From contig JBCNVB010000025.1 in NCBI GenBank assembly GCA_039630415.1, forward strand, positions 11,419-75,418: a DNA stretch of 64,000 nt. Reading direction: 5' to 3'. Shown here piece by piece: positions 47,651 through 58,578 of this stretch. Position 1 is the first letter of the stretch. Each line of letters begins with the position of its first letter. The DNA is from a bacterium. GTDB lineage: Bacteria; DRYD01. The notes under the pieces were generated by a model that was not told the origin of the DNA, made no database searches, and saw only the letters and a list, made by a program, of their open reading frames with translations. Both the position numbers and the translations under genes were made by a program.

Positions 47651-47917
47651 ATGGAACTTTTCATAGGAATAACAGGTATGATTATCCTAGTTTCCTCTTG
47701 GATACCACAAACTATAGAAACACTTAAAACTCAAAAATGCCCTATGAATATTAACTTCATAATCCTTTATACCCTTTCCTCATTACTACTAACCATATAC
47801 TCAATCCTAATCAAAGATATAGTATTCACAACTCTCAATCTACTAGCGTTTATTCAAAGCTTTATTAATCTGATTGTAAAGATCAAAAATTTGATGACCT
47901 TAAAAAATGATAGATAG
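47651..47917 (+). CDS. PQ-loop / SemiSWEET-like 3-TM protein
   Basis: 88 aa, three helices, WIPQTIETLKT (PQ motif). Confidence 0.65.
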   Translation: MELFIGITGMIILVSSWIPQTIETLKTQKCPMNINFIILYTLSSLLLTIYSILIKDIVFTTLNLLAFIQSFINLIVKIKNLMTLKNDR

Positions 47918-48848
47918 CAAGATTCTTTTCGAAGTTATAACTCCTCCTATAAGATGGAATAAGAAAAGAAAACTAGACTTTATTCAAACAATTTGTAATA
48001 TAGCGTATCAAAATGATATAAAATTTATCAATATTCCACAAATAGTTGATGAGTCAAGGGATGGTGAAAGGGTATTTAAATTTCTACCTAAAGAACCTAA
48101 TCATATATTCGCAAAGCAAATAGTAGAATATTCAAAATCTTCATACAACTTTGCACTAGAACCAATTATTAATATAGTCGTCCCAATAATCAACAAAGCT
48201 AATTTCTTAAGCCATTTTAATGATATCTATCAAATGGGATACAAAAATTATATTTTCGTGGGTAAAGATAGATCAGATATTGAATATCCTGGTTACGAAG
48301 TTACTCAAGCAGTTGAAATAGTCAAAAATAAATACTCAGATGTAAAAATCGGAGGTATCGTAATATTTCATAGAGAAAATGAAATAAAAAGAATGATAAA
48401 AAAAATCAATAGTGGTGTCGATTTTTTTGTATCACAAATAGTATATGATATTCAGGATTTTAGAAATTTCATTAAGCAAATACAAGAAATATCCATAAAC
48501 ACTCAGATATACGTTTCAGTAGCTCCATTAATAACTTCAAAAGAAATAGAATTTGCAAAATGGCTGGGAGTAAATTTATCGAACGTAAATTTTAACCCTC
48601 AAACAATTAAAGAAGATTCGATGAGGATAATAAAAAACATTATAAATGAAGTAGCTTATACTGAATATGCTTTTGCTAGGGGAAATATCCAGGTAAGATG
48701 GGGTATAAATATCGAACACATAACATATAGTAACTTAAGCCTTTCAGAAGAAGTTATAAAAATGGCAAAATTAAGGTTAGAAAACGTTAAATATTTACTT
48801 CCGCCACCGGTTAGGCGGAATATAAATCAAACCGGATTAAAAAACTAA
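47907..48848 (+). CDS. methylenetetrahydrofolate-reductase-like TIM-barrel protein (tentative)
   Basis: [14 protein letters not shown] and [13 protein letters not shown] follow MTHFR motif order (FEFFPP, LRGD, GADF.ITQ.FFD); diverged. Confidence 0.5.
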   Translation: MIDSKILFEVITPPIRWNKKRKLDFIQTICNIAYQNDIKFINIPQIVDESRDGERVFKFLPKEPNHIFAKQIVEYSKSSYNFALEPIINIVVPIINKANFLSHFNDIYQMGYKNYIFVGKDRSDIEYPGYEVTQAVEIVKNKYSDVKIGGIVIFHRENEIKRMIKKINSGVDFFVSQIVYDIQDFRNFIKQIQEISINTQIYVSVAPLITSKEIEFAKWLGVNLSNVNFNPQTIKEDSMRIIKNIINEVAYTEYAFARGNIQVRWGINIEHITYSNLSLSEEVIKMAKLRLENVKYLLPPPVRRNINQTGLKN

Positions 48849-48861
48849 AAAACTAAAAACT

Positions 48862-49875
48862 ATGGAAACTGAATTAAAAAAAGATCAGAACATAAAAGAA
48901 CAAATCCTAAAAACAGTTATTTCTCAGATAGAGAAAGAATTTGGAAAAGGTAGCATAATGAAGCTAGGACAGCAAGAAAGATTAAATATTGAAGCTATAT
49001 CTACAGGTAGTTTATCGTTGGATTTGGCAATGGGAGTTGGTGGGTTTCCCAGAGGTAGAATATCCGAAATTTTTGGTCAAGAGTCATCGGGTAAAACTAC
49101 TCTAGCTTTAAGTGCGATAGCAAACGCTCAAAAAGCTGGAGGTATAGCCGCTTTTATAGATGCAGAACACGCTCTAGACCCAGAATATGCTCGAAAAATC
49201 GGTGTAGACGTAGATAACTTGTATATTTCGCAACCAGATAGTGGCGAACAAGCACTCTCCATTGTTGAAATGCTAGCTAAAAGCAATGCTGTAGATATCA
49301 TTGTTATAGATTCTGTTGCTGCACTCGTTCCTCAAGCAGAAATAGAAGGCAACATAGGTGACCAATTCATAGGCTTACAAGCAAGATTAATGTCACAAGC
49401 TCTACGAAAACTAACATCCATAGTAGGTAAATCAAAAACAGCAGTAATATTCATAAATCAAGTAAGAGAAAAAGTAGGTATAATGTTCGGTAATCCAGAA
49501 ACCACACCAGGCGGTAGAGCACTTAAATTCTACGCAAGCGTAAGAGTAGAACTAAGAAAAATAGATAACATTAAAAAAGGGGAAGTTAGTATAGGAGCAA
49601 GAGTAAAAGCAAAAGTAGTAAAAAATAAACTCTCACCACCTTTCAAAGAAGCTCAATTCTCAATCATCTTTGGTAAAGGTATAGATAAAATATCAGAGAT
49701 AGCTGACCTGGCAACCGAAATGAATCTAATCTCAAAAACTGGTAGCTGGTACTCCATCGGAGATGAAAAAATAGGACAAGGTAGAGAAAAACTCATCGAA
49801 TACTTAGAAAACAATCCATCACTACTTATAGAACTAGAAAGAAAAATATATGAACACCTAAAACAAACAGAGTAA
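48862..49875 (+). CDS. recA: recombinase RecA
   Basis: [52 protein letters not shown]. Confidence 0.97.
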   Translation: METELKKDQNIKEQILKTVISQIEKEFGKGSIMKLGQQERLNIEAISTGSLSLDLAMGVGGFPRGRISEIFGQESSGKTTLALSAIANAQKAGGIAAFIDAEHALDPEYARKIGVDVDNLYISQPDSGEQALSIVEMLAKSNAVDIIVIDSVAALVPQAEIEGNIGDQFIGLQARLMSQALRKLTSIVGKSKTAVIFINQVREKVGIMFGNPETTPGGRALKFYASVRVELRKIDNIKKGEVSIGARVKAKVVKNKLSPPFKEAQFSIIFGKGIDKISEIADLATEMNLISKTGSWYSIGDEKIGQGREKLIEYLENNPSLLIELERKIYEHLKQTE

Positions 49876-49878
49876 CCC

Positions 49879-50448
49879 ATGAGTAACATAAGAGCTTTTA
49901 TAGCATTAAACCCTCCCTATCAAACTAAAAATTTCATAACCGTACAACTATTTAATCTCAAGCCCAATTTTAATTTTAGTGATATCAAATGGACAGAAAC
50001 AGAGAATTACCATCTAACATTCCTTTTCTTTAAATCCATAGATCAAGCTCAAATACTGTCTTACTTTGAAAAGTTACAAGAATACTTAAAAGATCTTGAA
50101 TCACAAAATCTTTCTATCTGTTCTACACTGGGATTCTTTAAAAATAAAGATGCTATAAAGGTAATTTATTTGAAAGTTGAGCCTGAAGAATTTGTACAAG
50201 AGATTTATCAGAGAATAAAAAAAGTATTTAGTTTTCACAAATTTGAAGAAAAATTTGTTCCGCATATAACAATTGGAAGAGTAAAAAGAAACCTTAGCTT
50301 AGATAAGGTGCAAATTTTAGAGAACTATAGGATTGAACCTGTAATTTTCAAAGCTCAAGAGATAAGCTTATTTAAGAGTACCCTAACTCCACTTGGACCT
50401 ATCTACGATATAATAAAAACGATTACTCTAAAGAACAGTACAAAATGA
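49879..50448 (+). CDS. thpR: RNA 2',3'-cyclic phosphodiesterase (2H family, LigT/ThpR)
   Basis: Two H-x-T-x motifs (HLTFLF, HITIGR). Confidence 0.75.
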   Translation: MSNIRAFIALNPPYQTKNFITVQLFNLKPNFNFSDIKWTETENYHLTFLFFKSIDQAQILSYFEKLQEYLKDLESQNLSICSTLGFFKNKDAIKVIYLKVEPEEFVQEIYQRIKKVFSFHKFEEKFVPHITIGRVKRNLSLDKVQILENYRIEPVIFKAQEISLFKSTLTPLGPIYDIIKTITLKNSTK

Positions 50449-51440
50449 ATAAAAAGAGACTATTAGGGATAGTTGATTATCTGATTAAAAGTTACAAAGC
50501 TGGTTCGAGCACTTTGGAAATAGTAGAAAACTTACCAATATCCAATAAAGAGATTGTAAAGGCTGAGTTAGCAAATAGGAATTCTTTATCTTCTGCTCTT
50601 AAAAAAGCTAACATACTTCCCTCGCATGTAGTTTATCTATTGGAAGCTGGGGAAAAAAGTGGAAAAGTTCCAGAAATACTTCAATCTTATCAAAAAATCC
50701 TTGAAAACCAAATCAAAATCGAAGCACAAATACAAGGTTATAAAAATTACCTCATGTTTATAAGCTTTGTTTTTCTATTTGGAATAATTATCTTCTACTT
50801 CATTTTTAATAATGTTATGTTACCTTTACTTGAAGATAGCCCAACAAAGCAAGGATCCTTGATAGGTATAATAAGAATAGTTAAAGATTTGCTTAATTCG
50901 TTAACCGTGGTTTTTGTTTTCTTATTAGTAATTCTTTTTAATATGCTTCTCAGTTTTAGAAACTTAGTTCTCGATATGTTTGAGTATTACATTTTAGGTA
51001 AACCTTATAGAAATCTTGCTTTTTCACAGATTATGACAGTATGGGGAAATTTGATATCTTCAGGTATATCAATTCCATTGTCCTTATATGTATCTGTTTC
51101 TACTCTGGAAAACTCACTAATAAAAGAGAAAATTAACTCCATCTTTTCTACTTTAACTAACAATTACACCCAGATAAGTAATGAGATAATAAAGGAGATA
51201 GTTTTACTATTTCCAGAGGGAAATTTTCTAGTAGGTTCAATAACCAAAGGAACCCTAGACCAGGACTTAATATCCCTATCAGAAAGAGTTGTAGAAGAAT
51301 CAACAAAAGACCTAGAAAAAAGAATAAGAGCAATAATGAGTATTCTAGTTACTTTAAGCCTAGTAATAGTTGGAGCACTTATTGTTATAAGTTTCTTATC
51401 CATTTATGCGCCTTTAATAGAACAGCTTACAGGATCATGA
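50445..51440 (+). CDS. GspF/PilC-like type II secretion / T4P platform protein (short, diverged)
   Basis: Two degenerate T2SS-F repeats (..SLSSALKK...LP..VVYLLEAGEKSGKVPEIL..) with TM helices. Its start overlaps the thpR stop. Confidence 0.55.
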   Translation: MNKKRLLGIVDYLIKSYKAGSSTLEIVENLPISNKEIVKAELANRNSLSSALKKANILPSHVVYLLEAGEKSGKVPEILQSYQKILENQIKIEAQIQGYKNYLMFISFVFLFGIIIFYFIFNNVMLPLLEDSPTKQGSLIGIIRIVKDLLNSLTVVFVFLLVILFNMLLSFRNLVLDMFEYYILGKPYRNLAFSQIMTVWGNLISSGISIPLSLYVSVSTLENSLIKEKINSIFSTLTNNYTQISNEIIKEIVLLFPEGNFLVGSITKGTLDQDLISLSERVVEESTKDLEKRIRAIMSILVTLSLVIVGALIVISFLSIYAPLIEQLTGS

Positions 51441-52261
51441 TTGCAGATATTTTAAGTGATAAAAGATTTATAGTTGTTTTTATAATTACCTTCTTTATAT
51501 ACTTTTCTGGCTCTGCAGCTGCTTCCATAAGATTTGCAGGTATAAAAACCAAACTCTTAAATACCTCCTATTCTCTGGCCAATGTAATTTTTCTAATAGT
51601 TAGACTATCTAACTTACTTCAAACTCCTTTCCTAGGCTCTATGGTTGACATAGCTTACAAAGAAAATTCACTGGATTTACTCAGGATAAAGATACATTTG
51701 ATAATACTCGCAAGCACTTTAGGATCAATAATAGGGATATTTTTCTTCTCAACTTCAGAAATAATCTTTCGCAAATGGGTAGAGTTATTCGATAGGAAAA
51801 AAAGTGTACTTTCTACCATCGCCTATGCACTTAGTTTCAAAACTATAATTTTTATAATAAAGTCCCTTACGATACCTAAGTTTTATTTGAAAAAAGAATA
51901 TTTAAGAAGAGTTCCGAGAGTTGTTTTCTTTTCGTGTGTTATAATTGGCGCTTTTTGGACTACAGGAGTACTATCAGCAATATATGCGAGTGTTATAGTT
52001 CCGGAATACGCAAGAACAGCTACTATCCTTTCAGGTATAGTCAATGGAGTAGCAACTATTCTTTTTACAATATTCCTTGATCCAATAGTAGCAAACATAA
52101 CAGATAAGGTATACAATAACCAAGAAAACATTGAATATCTATACAACGTCATGTGGGTTAACCTAGTAGGAACAGTATTGGGAACTATTCTAGCACAAAT
52201 AGTATTTCTACCAGGAGCAATAGTTATAGCATACATAACTACTTTATTTTCAAAAATATAA
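51437..52261 (+). CDS. amj: Amj-like (DUF2837) lipid II flippase candidate
   Basis: A.SIRFAGIKT..L..S.SL.NVI.L..RLSN..Q.P and GVLSAIYAS....SGIVNGVATILFTIFLDP resemble B. subtilis Amj as I recall it. Confidence 0.5.
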   Translation: MIADILSDKRFIVVFIITFFIYFSGSAAASIRFAGIKTKLLNTSYSLANVIFLIVRLSNLLQTPFLGSMVDIAYKENSLDLLRIKIHLIILASTLGSIIGIFFFSTSEIIFRKWVELFDRKKSVLSTIAYALSFKTIIFIIKSLTIPKFYLKKEYLRRVPRVVFFSCVIIGAFWTTGVLSAIYASVIVPEYARTATILSGIVNGVATILFTIFLDPIVANITDKVYNNQENIEYLYNVMWVNLVGTVLGTILAQIVFLPGAIVIAYITTLFSKI

Positions 52262-52270
52262 AAAACCAGT

Positions 52271-53227
52271 ATGCTGAGAAGATTAAGGAAAAACAGAAAA
52301 ATAATAAATCTAGTTTCGAATGTATTTATCCATCCTCAGAACTTTATTTATCCCTTTTTTATCATAGAGGGTAAAAAAATTAAGCAAGAAATCCCTTCTA
52401 TGAAAGGAATCTATAGGCTATCAATTGATTATGTTCTAAAGGAAATTGAAAAATGTTTAGAACTAGGAATAGGTAACTTTATACTCTTTGGAGTTGAGCA
52501 TAGGAAAGATGAGAAAGGAAGTTGGGCTTATAAAAGAGAAGGGATAATACCCAAAGCCATTAGGAAAATAAAACAAACATTTGGTGATGAAATAACACTA
52601 TTTGCAGATGTATGCATTTGCCAGTATACCAATACTGGACACTGCGGAATCATAGTTGACGGGAAAGTAGATAACAGTAAAACTTTGGAAATACTCAGTA
52701 AAGTAGCTCTTGTTTATGCAGAAGAAGGAGTAGATTTTGTATGCCCCAGTTCTATGATGGATCTACAGGTAAAATATATAAGGCAAACCTTAGATGAAAA
52801 TAATTTTTTGAATGTAGGAATAATGAGTTATTCTACTAAGTTTAGTAGTGTATTTTATACTCCATTTAGGGAGGCAGCAGACTCAGCACCTAAGTTTGGT
52901 GATCGATCTACCTACCAACTAGATTATAAAAATGCAAACTTAGCCATACTTGAAACACTCAAAGACGTGGAAGAAGGAGCAGATATAGTAATGGTTAAAC
53001 CAGCTTTAGCCTATCTTGATATAATATATCAAATAAAACAAAAAGTTCTCGTCCCTGTAGCAGCCTATAACGTAAGTGGAGAATATTCTTTAATCGTAAA
53101 CTCTAATATGGATACAGAAAAACTAATGTTGGAAGTTTTGTATGCAATAAAGAGAGCTGGTGCTGACATTATTATATCTTATTTTGCTAAAGATTACGCT
53201 CAACTATACAAAAAACTCTATGCATAA
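52271..53227 (+). CDS. hemB: porphobilinogen synthase (Zn type)
   Basis: RRLRKN, CICQYTNTGHCG (Cys-rich Zn site), active-site Lys regions, PALAYLD, SGEY. Confidence 0.9.
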   Translation: MLRRLRKNRKIINLVSNVFIHPQNFIYPFFIIEGKKIKQEIPSMKGIYRLSIDYVLKEIEKCLELGIGNFILFGVEHRKDEKGSWAYKREGIIPKAIRKIKQTFGDEITLFADVCICQYTNTGHCGIIVDGKVDNSKTLEILSKVALVYAEEGVDFVCPSSMMDLQVKYIRQTLDENNFLNVGIMSYSTKFSSVFYTPFREAADSAPKFGDRSTYQLDYKNANLAILETLKDVEEGADIVMVKPALAYLDIIYQIKQKVLVPVAAYNVSGEYSLIVNSNMDTEKLMLEVLYAIKRAGADIIISYFAKDYAQLYKKLYA

Positions 53228-53228
53228 A

Positions 53229-56060
53229 TCAAAGATTTAAATCATTACCATATTTAATTACCGAACCTTTTTGAGTATTGTAAACATTTATAACATAAGG
53301 GAATCTATGTTTTATCTGTTCTACATGAGTTATCACTCCTAATACGTTATTTGAATGGGAGTAGAAGTAGTTTTCAAGATAGTCAATAACATAATTTAAG
53401 GTATTAATATCGAGTGTTCCAAAACCTTCATCAATGAATATGCTTCTAGCTAGTGTTTTGTGTTTTGAGTAGCTTACTATATCTGATATTGCCATAGCTA
53501 ACGAAAGTGAAAGTAAAAATTTTTCTCCACCAGATAAACTTTTAGCCGTTCTACTTTCACCATACCAATTATCCAGGACTATCAAATCTGAATCACTTTC
53601 TTTGCAAACTAATTCATACCTACCTTCTGTAAGTTCATATAGTTTTTTGTTTGCATGATCCATAATAATTTCAAAGGCCAGAGAAAAAACGAAATCCGTT
53701 ACTCCTATTCTGGATGGAGGAGGAGAAAAATCATTATTTAATATTTCCAATGGTTCTTGCTCTTTTCGTATATCCTGTATCTGTTTTTCCAAATCACTAA
53801 TTTCCTTCTCTAAATTTTCGATATCTCTATATATACGGATTTCTTCCTCGATTTGAGCGATCTTCGTTTCTATTTCTTGTAATTTACTCTCAACTCTAGA
53901 ACTTAAAGATAACAACTTTTTACAAATTCCGGATAAACATTCTATTAGATTACTATACTCTCTTTGTTGATCTATTTGAATTCCTTGAGCATCAGATATT
54001 ATTTCCTGAATCATGGTATCTATATGTTTGCTGACCTTTATTTTTTCTAACTTAGATAAATCATGCTTTATGTTTTTGAGTAGTGTATCCAATTGATTTT
54101 TTTTGTTAGCCAAGTTTTCAATAACCTGCTTCTTGTAAGATAAGATTTTGATAATACTGTTAATCTGACTAGATATGTTTGTTATAATACTTTGGTAATC
54201 AGAAATTTTAGATGGTTTGGTTAACTTTTTGTTTAACTCATCAATCATAAATTTGTCTAATATTTCTTCTTTTTTGTAACTATCAACTAGTTTTGTAAGT
54301 TCTTGTCTTTGGTTAGGTTTTAAAACATCGTGTTCCCCAATGTTAGATAAAATATTTTCAAGATGTTTGATTATGGATTCATAAATCTTTATATTTAGAT
54401 CGCTTATTTTATTAAAGTACTCTTTAAATTTTTGTAGGGCAGTAATTTTAGCTTCAAGTGTTTGATATATAGAATCTTGCTGATTCTGTTGATATATACC
54501 CAGTAAACTAATAGCATCTAAAAGTTTTTGTTCTATGCTTGTACTATTTTCCTGTTTTATTTGATCTAGTTCATTCTTAATTTTTTCTTGCTGCTTTATT
54601 TTGTTTTCTAATTCTATATTTTTGTCTTGTTTTTTGTCATTAAGTATATCGTATTCTTTTTCTAACTGTTTTTGCCTATTTTCTTTATTTTTTATAATCT
54701 CTTGTATATGGTTTAACTTTTGTTCTAGTTTTTTTAGTTCTTGTTGAAGTATACTTTTATTTGACTGATCTATGGTTTTGCTGATATATTCATAATTTTC
54801 CTGATTTAGCACGGAATTACATACTATACATTTACCAAGGTTGTCTTTTATAATTTTTTCTTTTATTTTTACAACGAGGTCCTCGATTTCAAGATTATTT
54901 TGCTTTATTTTTATTTCATTTTCTATTTTTTCCTTTTCTGTTAGAGCTTGATTTAATTCGGCTTTAACTTGATCAAGCTCTAATTGAACTTTTTTTATGT
55001 TGTGTTCAATTTCTTCTATACTTTTTTCAAGATCACCTATTTTTTGTTGATTTTCTATGATTTCAAGCTGTTTTCGGTATTTTAGCTCCAAGTAACCCAT
55101 GATAGTATTTTGATTATTATTAAGACAGCTAATTATGTATCTATAGGTATTCTTTAGGTTTTGTAAAATACCGAAGTGAACTAGCAGATCGTTGTGAAGC
55201 TGATTTATTTGTTTGTATTCCTGATCCGACAGTACTTTTGTTTGAGAAATTTCTTCTATGATTCGAATGGATTGTCTTATATTCTCGATCAATTCGTGTG
55301 GTATGTAAGAGTTAAGTTTATTTAGGATACTCTGATATTGTTTTAGTCGTTGTTTTTCCTCTTCTAATAACTCCTTTGATTTATCAGATACTTTTTTACT
55401 AAGCTGTTCTATTTGTTTTTCTTTTAGCTGTTTTTGAATTTTGATGTCCTCTATCTGTTTGGATATTTTTTCGTATTCTTGCTTTATTTTTTGCTTTATT
55501 TGCTCATAAAAATTTAGGCTGAGAATATTAAAGATAGTATTTTTGCGTTCACTAGGAGGTAAGTAGATGAATTCGTCAAAAGCATTTTGAGGTAGAAAAA
55601 CGCTTTTAGTAAATGTTTTATAAGCTTTTTGTATTTGATCCACACCAAATAACCTACATATTTGACTTTCGTATTCTTTTACTTTTGTAGTTATCACTTT
55701 GTCTTCGCATATATATCTTATATTACATGCATTATTATCTTTTGTGGTTTGTATCTCTCTTGTTATTTTATACATTTTTTCTGATAGTATGAATTCCAGT
55801 TGGACATATGGACTTTTTTTCTTACCTAAACCATGTTGGACTTTTACTTTAGATTGTATTAAAGAATAGGTTTCTTTTATATCGAAATGTTTGTATCTGG
55901 GGACTATTCCAAACAGAGCAAAGCATATAGCTTCAAGAATTGTAGTTTTACCAGATCCCGTAGGACCAGATATTAGGAAAAAACCCGAAGTAGGAAATTC
56001 TATATTTTGCCTTTCAAAAAAGCTACCAAAATTCTCTAAAACCAACCTAGTTATTATCAT
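53229..56060 (-). CDS. sbcC: SbcC/Rad50-family ATPase
   Basis: Walker A GPTGSGKTT, about 700 aa of coiled coil with a central CxxC zinc hook (GKCIVCNS), signature SLSGGEKF, Walker B IFIDEGFGTLD. Confidence 0.8.
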   Translation of the reverse strand: MIITRLVLENFGSFFERQNIEFPTSGFFLISGPTGSGKTTILEAICFALFGIVPRYKHFDIKETYSLIQSKVKVQHGLGKKKSPYVQLEFILSEKMYKITREIQTTKDNNACNIRYICEDKVITTKVKEYESQICRLFGVDQIQKAYKTFTKSVFLPQNAFDEFIYLPPSERKNTIFNILSLNFYEQIKQKIKQEYEKISKQIEDIKIQKQLKEKQIEQLSKKVSDKSKELLEEEKQRLKQYQSILNKLNSYIPHELIENIRQSIRIIEEISQTKVLSDQEYKQINQLHNDLLVHFGILQNLKNTYRYIISCLNNNQNTIMGYLELKYRKQLEIIENQQKIGDLEKSIEEIEHNIKKVQLELDQVKAELNQALTEKEKIENEIKIKQNNLEIEDLVVKIKEKIIKDNLGKCIVCNSVLNQENYEYISKTIDQSNKSILQQELKKLEQKLNHIQEIIKNKENRQKQLEKEYDILNDKKQDKNIELENKIKQQEKIKNELDQIKQENSTSIEQKLLDAISLLGIYQQNQQDSIYQTLEAKITALQKFKEYFNKISDLNIKIYESIIKHLENILSNIGEHDVLKPNQRQELTKLVDSYKKEEILDKFMIDELNKKLTKPSKISDYQSIITNISSQINSIIKILSYKKQVIENLANKKNQLDTLLKNIKHDLSKLEKIKVSKHIDTMIQEIISDAQGIQIDQQREYSNLIECLSGICKKLLSLSSRVESKLQEIETKIAQIEEEIRIYRDIENLEKEISDLEKQIQDIRKEQEPLEILNNDFSPPPSRIGVTDFVFSLAFEIIMDHANKKLYELTEGRYELVCKESDSDLIVLDNWYGESRTAKSLSGGEKFLLSLSLAMAISDIVSYSKHKTLARSIFIDEGFGTLDINTLNYVIDYLENYFYSHSNNVLGVITHVEQIKHRFPYVINVYNTQKGSVIKYGNDLNL

Positions 56061-56401
56061 ACTACTTTGATTTTTCTATATCATACATACCTCAACCTTT
56101 ATTTTTATCAAACATATCTTCAAAAGGTAATCTGCAATCATAAAAAGAAAATTATTAAAGAGATGTTTTCTGATTTTATACAGAGATACAAACAACTAGA
56201 AGTAAAAAACCTATCTAAACTTGATTCTAATACCCCTTCTTTTTTACCACTTATAAAAGTCAAGGGTAGAAAGATAATTATCAACTGCGGTAATTTTAAT
56301 ATTAAAACGATTTATACGTATCTTTTACATCATAAAATTAGGTTTAAAGTTTTTAATGCTTTAAAGAAATTTCGCAGATTTTAATATTAGCTCTATGCAG
56401 T

Positions 56402-57796
56402 ATGTCCCTTAGTATAGAAGAGCTCAAGGAAAAAATAGTAAATGCATTTTCAACAGGTAACTACGATTTCATAAATGATCCATTCTTTTTCGACGAAATA
56501 AACCTACCCATAATAGCAAAAAGTTTGAATCAAATAGAAGATTGGGAAATAATAAAATCTTTCTTATCAAAGATACCCACAGATAAAGTCCCACTCATTT
56601 TAACTGAAATAGATGATAAACTGGTTGAGAAAATTATACAAGAAATAGGATCAAGTGATATTAACGAAATTGTAAAGATAATAACTGAACTAGAAGAAGA
56701 GGAGGCAGCAGAAATAATAGCTCAACTTCCTGACGATATAAAAAAACAGGTAATAAATAAGCTATCTCCACAAGAATACACTGAAATTCAGGAATACTTA
56801 CAGTATCCTGAAAATAGCGCAGCAAGACTTGCAACCAAAAGCTTCCTAAAAATATACCCATACTACACTGTAGGAGAAACTCTCGAAATAATTAGAAAAA
56901 AAAATGAACTCCAACAGCTACCTGATTTTCTCAACTACATCTACATAGTAAATAGCGAAGAAAAATTAGTTGGAGTAATATCACTTAAAGAACTAGTTCT
57001 TTCTAAACCCTATATACAAGTAAAATCAATAATGTCCACAAACATTATAAAAGTTCATACTAACACAGACAAAGAAGAAGCCGCTAAAATGCTTAGAGAT
57101 TACAACATCCTAGCATTACCAGTAGTAGATAACAATAACAAACTTATAGGCATAATTACCCACGATGATATAATAGAAGTCATATTCCAAGAATATAGTG
57201 AAGATATACTAAAATCAGGCGCTGTTCAATCCTTTGAAGAATCCTACATACGAATAACACCTTTCCAATTATCATTGAAAAGAGCTACATGGCTTGTACT
57301 ACTTTTCATAACAGCTTCAGTAACAAGTAATGTCATATCAAGTTATAGTGAAACAATAGAAAAGTATGTTCAATTAGCATTCTTTATTCCATTGCTGATA
57401 GGTACAGGAGGAAATGCAGGTTCACAATCATGTGTCACTATCCTTAGATCTTTAGCTCTAAATGAACTATCTGAAAAAAATTTTCTATACATCCTTAAAA
57501 AAGAATTTAAAATATCTCTTTTATTAGGTTTGCAAATAGGATTGATAGCAATAGTTTACGTATTGTCCATGGGAATTTTTGTTTTAAAAATTCAATGGCC
57601 AATTGTACCCGTAGTTGTCTTATCTCAAATTTTAATCGTTATCTGGGCTACACTAGTAGGTAGTACTTTACCTGTAATAGCCAAAAAATTAAGGATAGAT
57701 CCCGCAGTAATGTCAGCACCATTTATTACAACCTTTGTCGATGCAACAGGTTTGATTATCTATTTCACAGTAGCCAAAATAATTCTTAATATATAA
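56402..57796 (+). CDS. mgtE: magnesium transporter MgtE
   Basis: MgtE N-domain, two CBS motifs, TM domain with GTGGNAGSQS. Confidence 0.9.
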   Translation: MSLSIEELKEKIVNAFSTGNYDFINDPFFFDEINLPIIAKSLNQIEDWEIIKSFLSKIPTDKVPLILTEIDDKLVEKIIQEIGSSDINEIVKIITELEEEEAAEIIAQLPDDIKKQVINKLSPQEYTEIQEYLQYPENSAARLATKSFLKIYPYYTVGETLEIIRKKNELQQLPDFLNYIYIVNSEEKLVGVISLKELVLSKPYIQVKSIMSTNIIKVHTNTDKEEAAKMLRDYNILALPVVDNNNKLIGIITHDDIIEVIFQEYSEDILKSGAVQSFEESYIRITPFQLSLKRATWLVLLFITASVTSNVISSYSETIEKYVQLAFFIPLLIGTGGNAGSQSCVTILRSLALNELSEKNFLYILKKEFKISLLLGLQIGLIAIVYVLSMGIFVLKIQWPIVPVVVLSQILIVIWATLVGSTLPVIAKKLRIDPAVMSAPFITTFVDATGLIIYFTVAKIILNI

Positions 57797-57797
57797 A

Positions 57798-58571
57798 CTA
57801 TATCTCTATCCCTCTTTCCGATTTACCTTTGAAAAAATCAAGAAAAATGTCGATTATCAATATTAAATCTTTGTCTTCAAAGGTTTGTTTGAGCTGATTA
57901 ATCTCTGACATTATACTTTTGATTGAAAGATTTCGAGTATATATAATTTTATATATTTTTCTTGCTATATCAATTTGTTTGCTAGAGAAATTATTTCTTT
58001 TCATTCCTTCTCGATTAATACCCACAACTTTTGGAGGGTTTCCATCTACCATCATAAACGGTGGTATATCTTGATAAACCTTAGATAATCCTCCGATGAT
58101 GGTGTATTTACCTATCCTAACTTTCTGATGTATACCTGACATTCCACCAATTATTACAAAATCATCTATTACACAGTAACCCGCTATTCCCGCAAGGCTT
58201 GAGATAACAGTATTGTTACCTATTCTACAATTATGACCTATATGTACCTGAGACATTATGTAGTTATTATCACCTATAAATGTTTGTTTGTTTTCACCTG
58301 TTGCTCTATGTATACAGGTAAACTCCCTTATAATGTTTTTCTTTCCTATTCTAACGAAGCTTACTTCATTTTTGAAGTTTTTATCTTGAGGCTCTGTTCC
58401 TATTATCACATAGGGGTAAATTATAGTTTCCTGGTCTACTATAGTATGGGTAAGGTAACTATTTCGCATTATTTTTACATTTTGTGCTATTTTGCAATAA
58501 GGACCAATGTAAACACCCTCTTCTATTATAGCTGTCTGATCGACTACTGAAGTCGGATGTATGTAGGTCAT
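57798..58571 (-). CDS. lpxA: acyl-ACP--UDP-GlcNAc (or UDP-GlcNAc3N) O/N-acyltransferase LpxA
   Basis: IHPTSVVD, hexapeptide repeats, HIGHNC, GGMSGIHQ, INREGMKRNNFS. Confidence 0.9.
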   Translation of the reverse strand: MTYIHPTSVVDQTAIIEEGVYIGPYCKIAQNVKIMRNSYLTHTIVDQETIIYPYVIIGTEPQDKNFKNEVSFVRIGKKNIIREFTCIHRATGENKQTFIGDNNYIMSQVHIGHNCRIGNNTVISSLAGIAGYCVIDDFVIIGGMSGIHQKVRIGKYTIIGGLSKVYQDIPPFMMVDGNPPKVVGINREGMKRNNFSSKQIDIARKIYKIIYTRNLSIKSIMSEINQLKQTFEDKDLILIIDIFLDFFKGKSERGIEI

Positions 58572-58578
58572 ATTTAGG

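Noticed and set aside
56061-56401. Possible M-box (Mg2+) riboswitch or other structured leader upstream of mgtE, and the 105-aa ORF 56067..56384
   Set aside because: The region is very AT-rich. I could not find the GC-rich conserved M-box core or convincing helices. The ORF has no recognisable motif or ribosome-binding site, so I did not call it.
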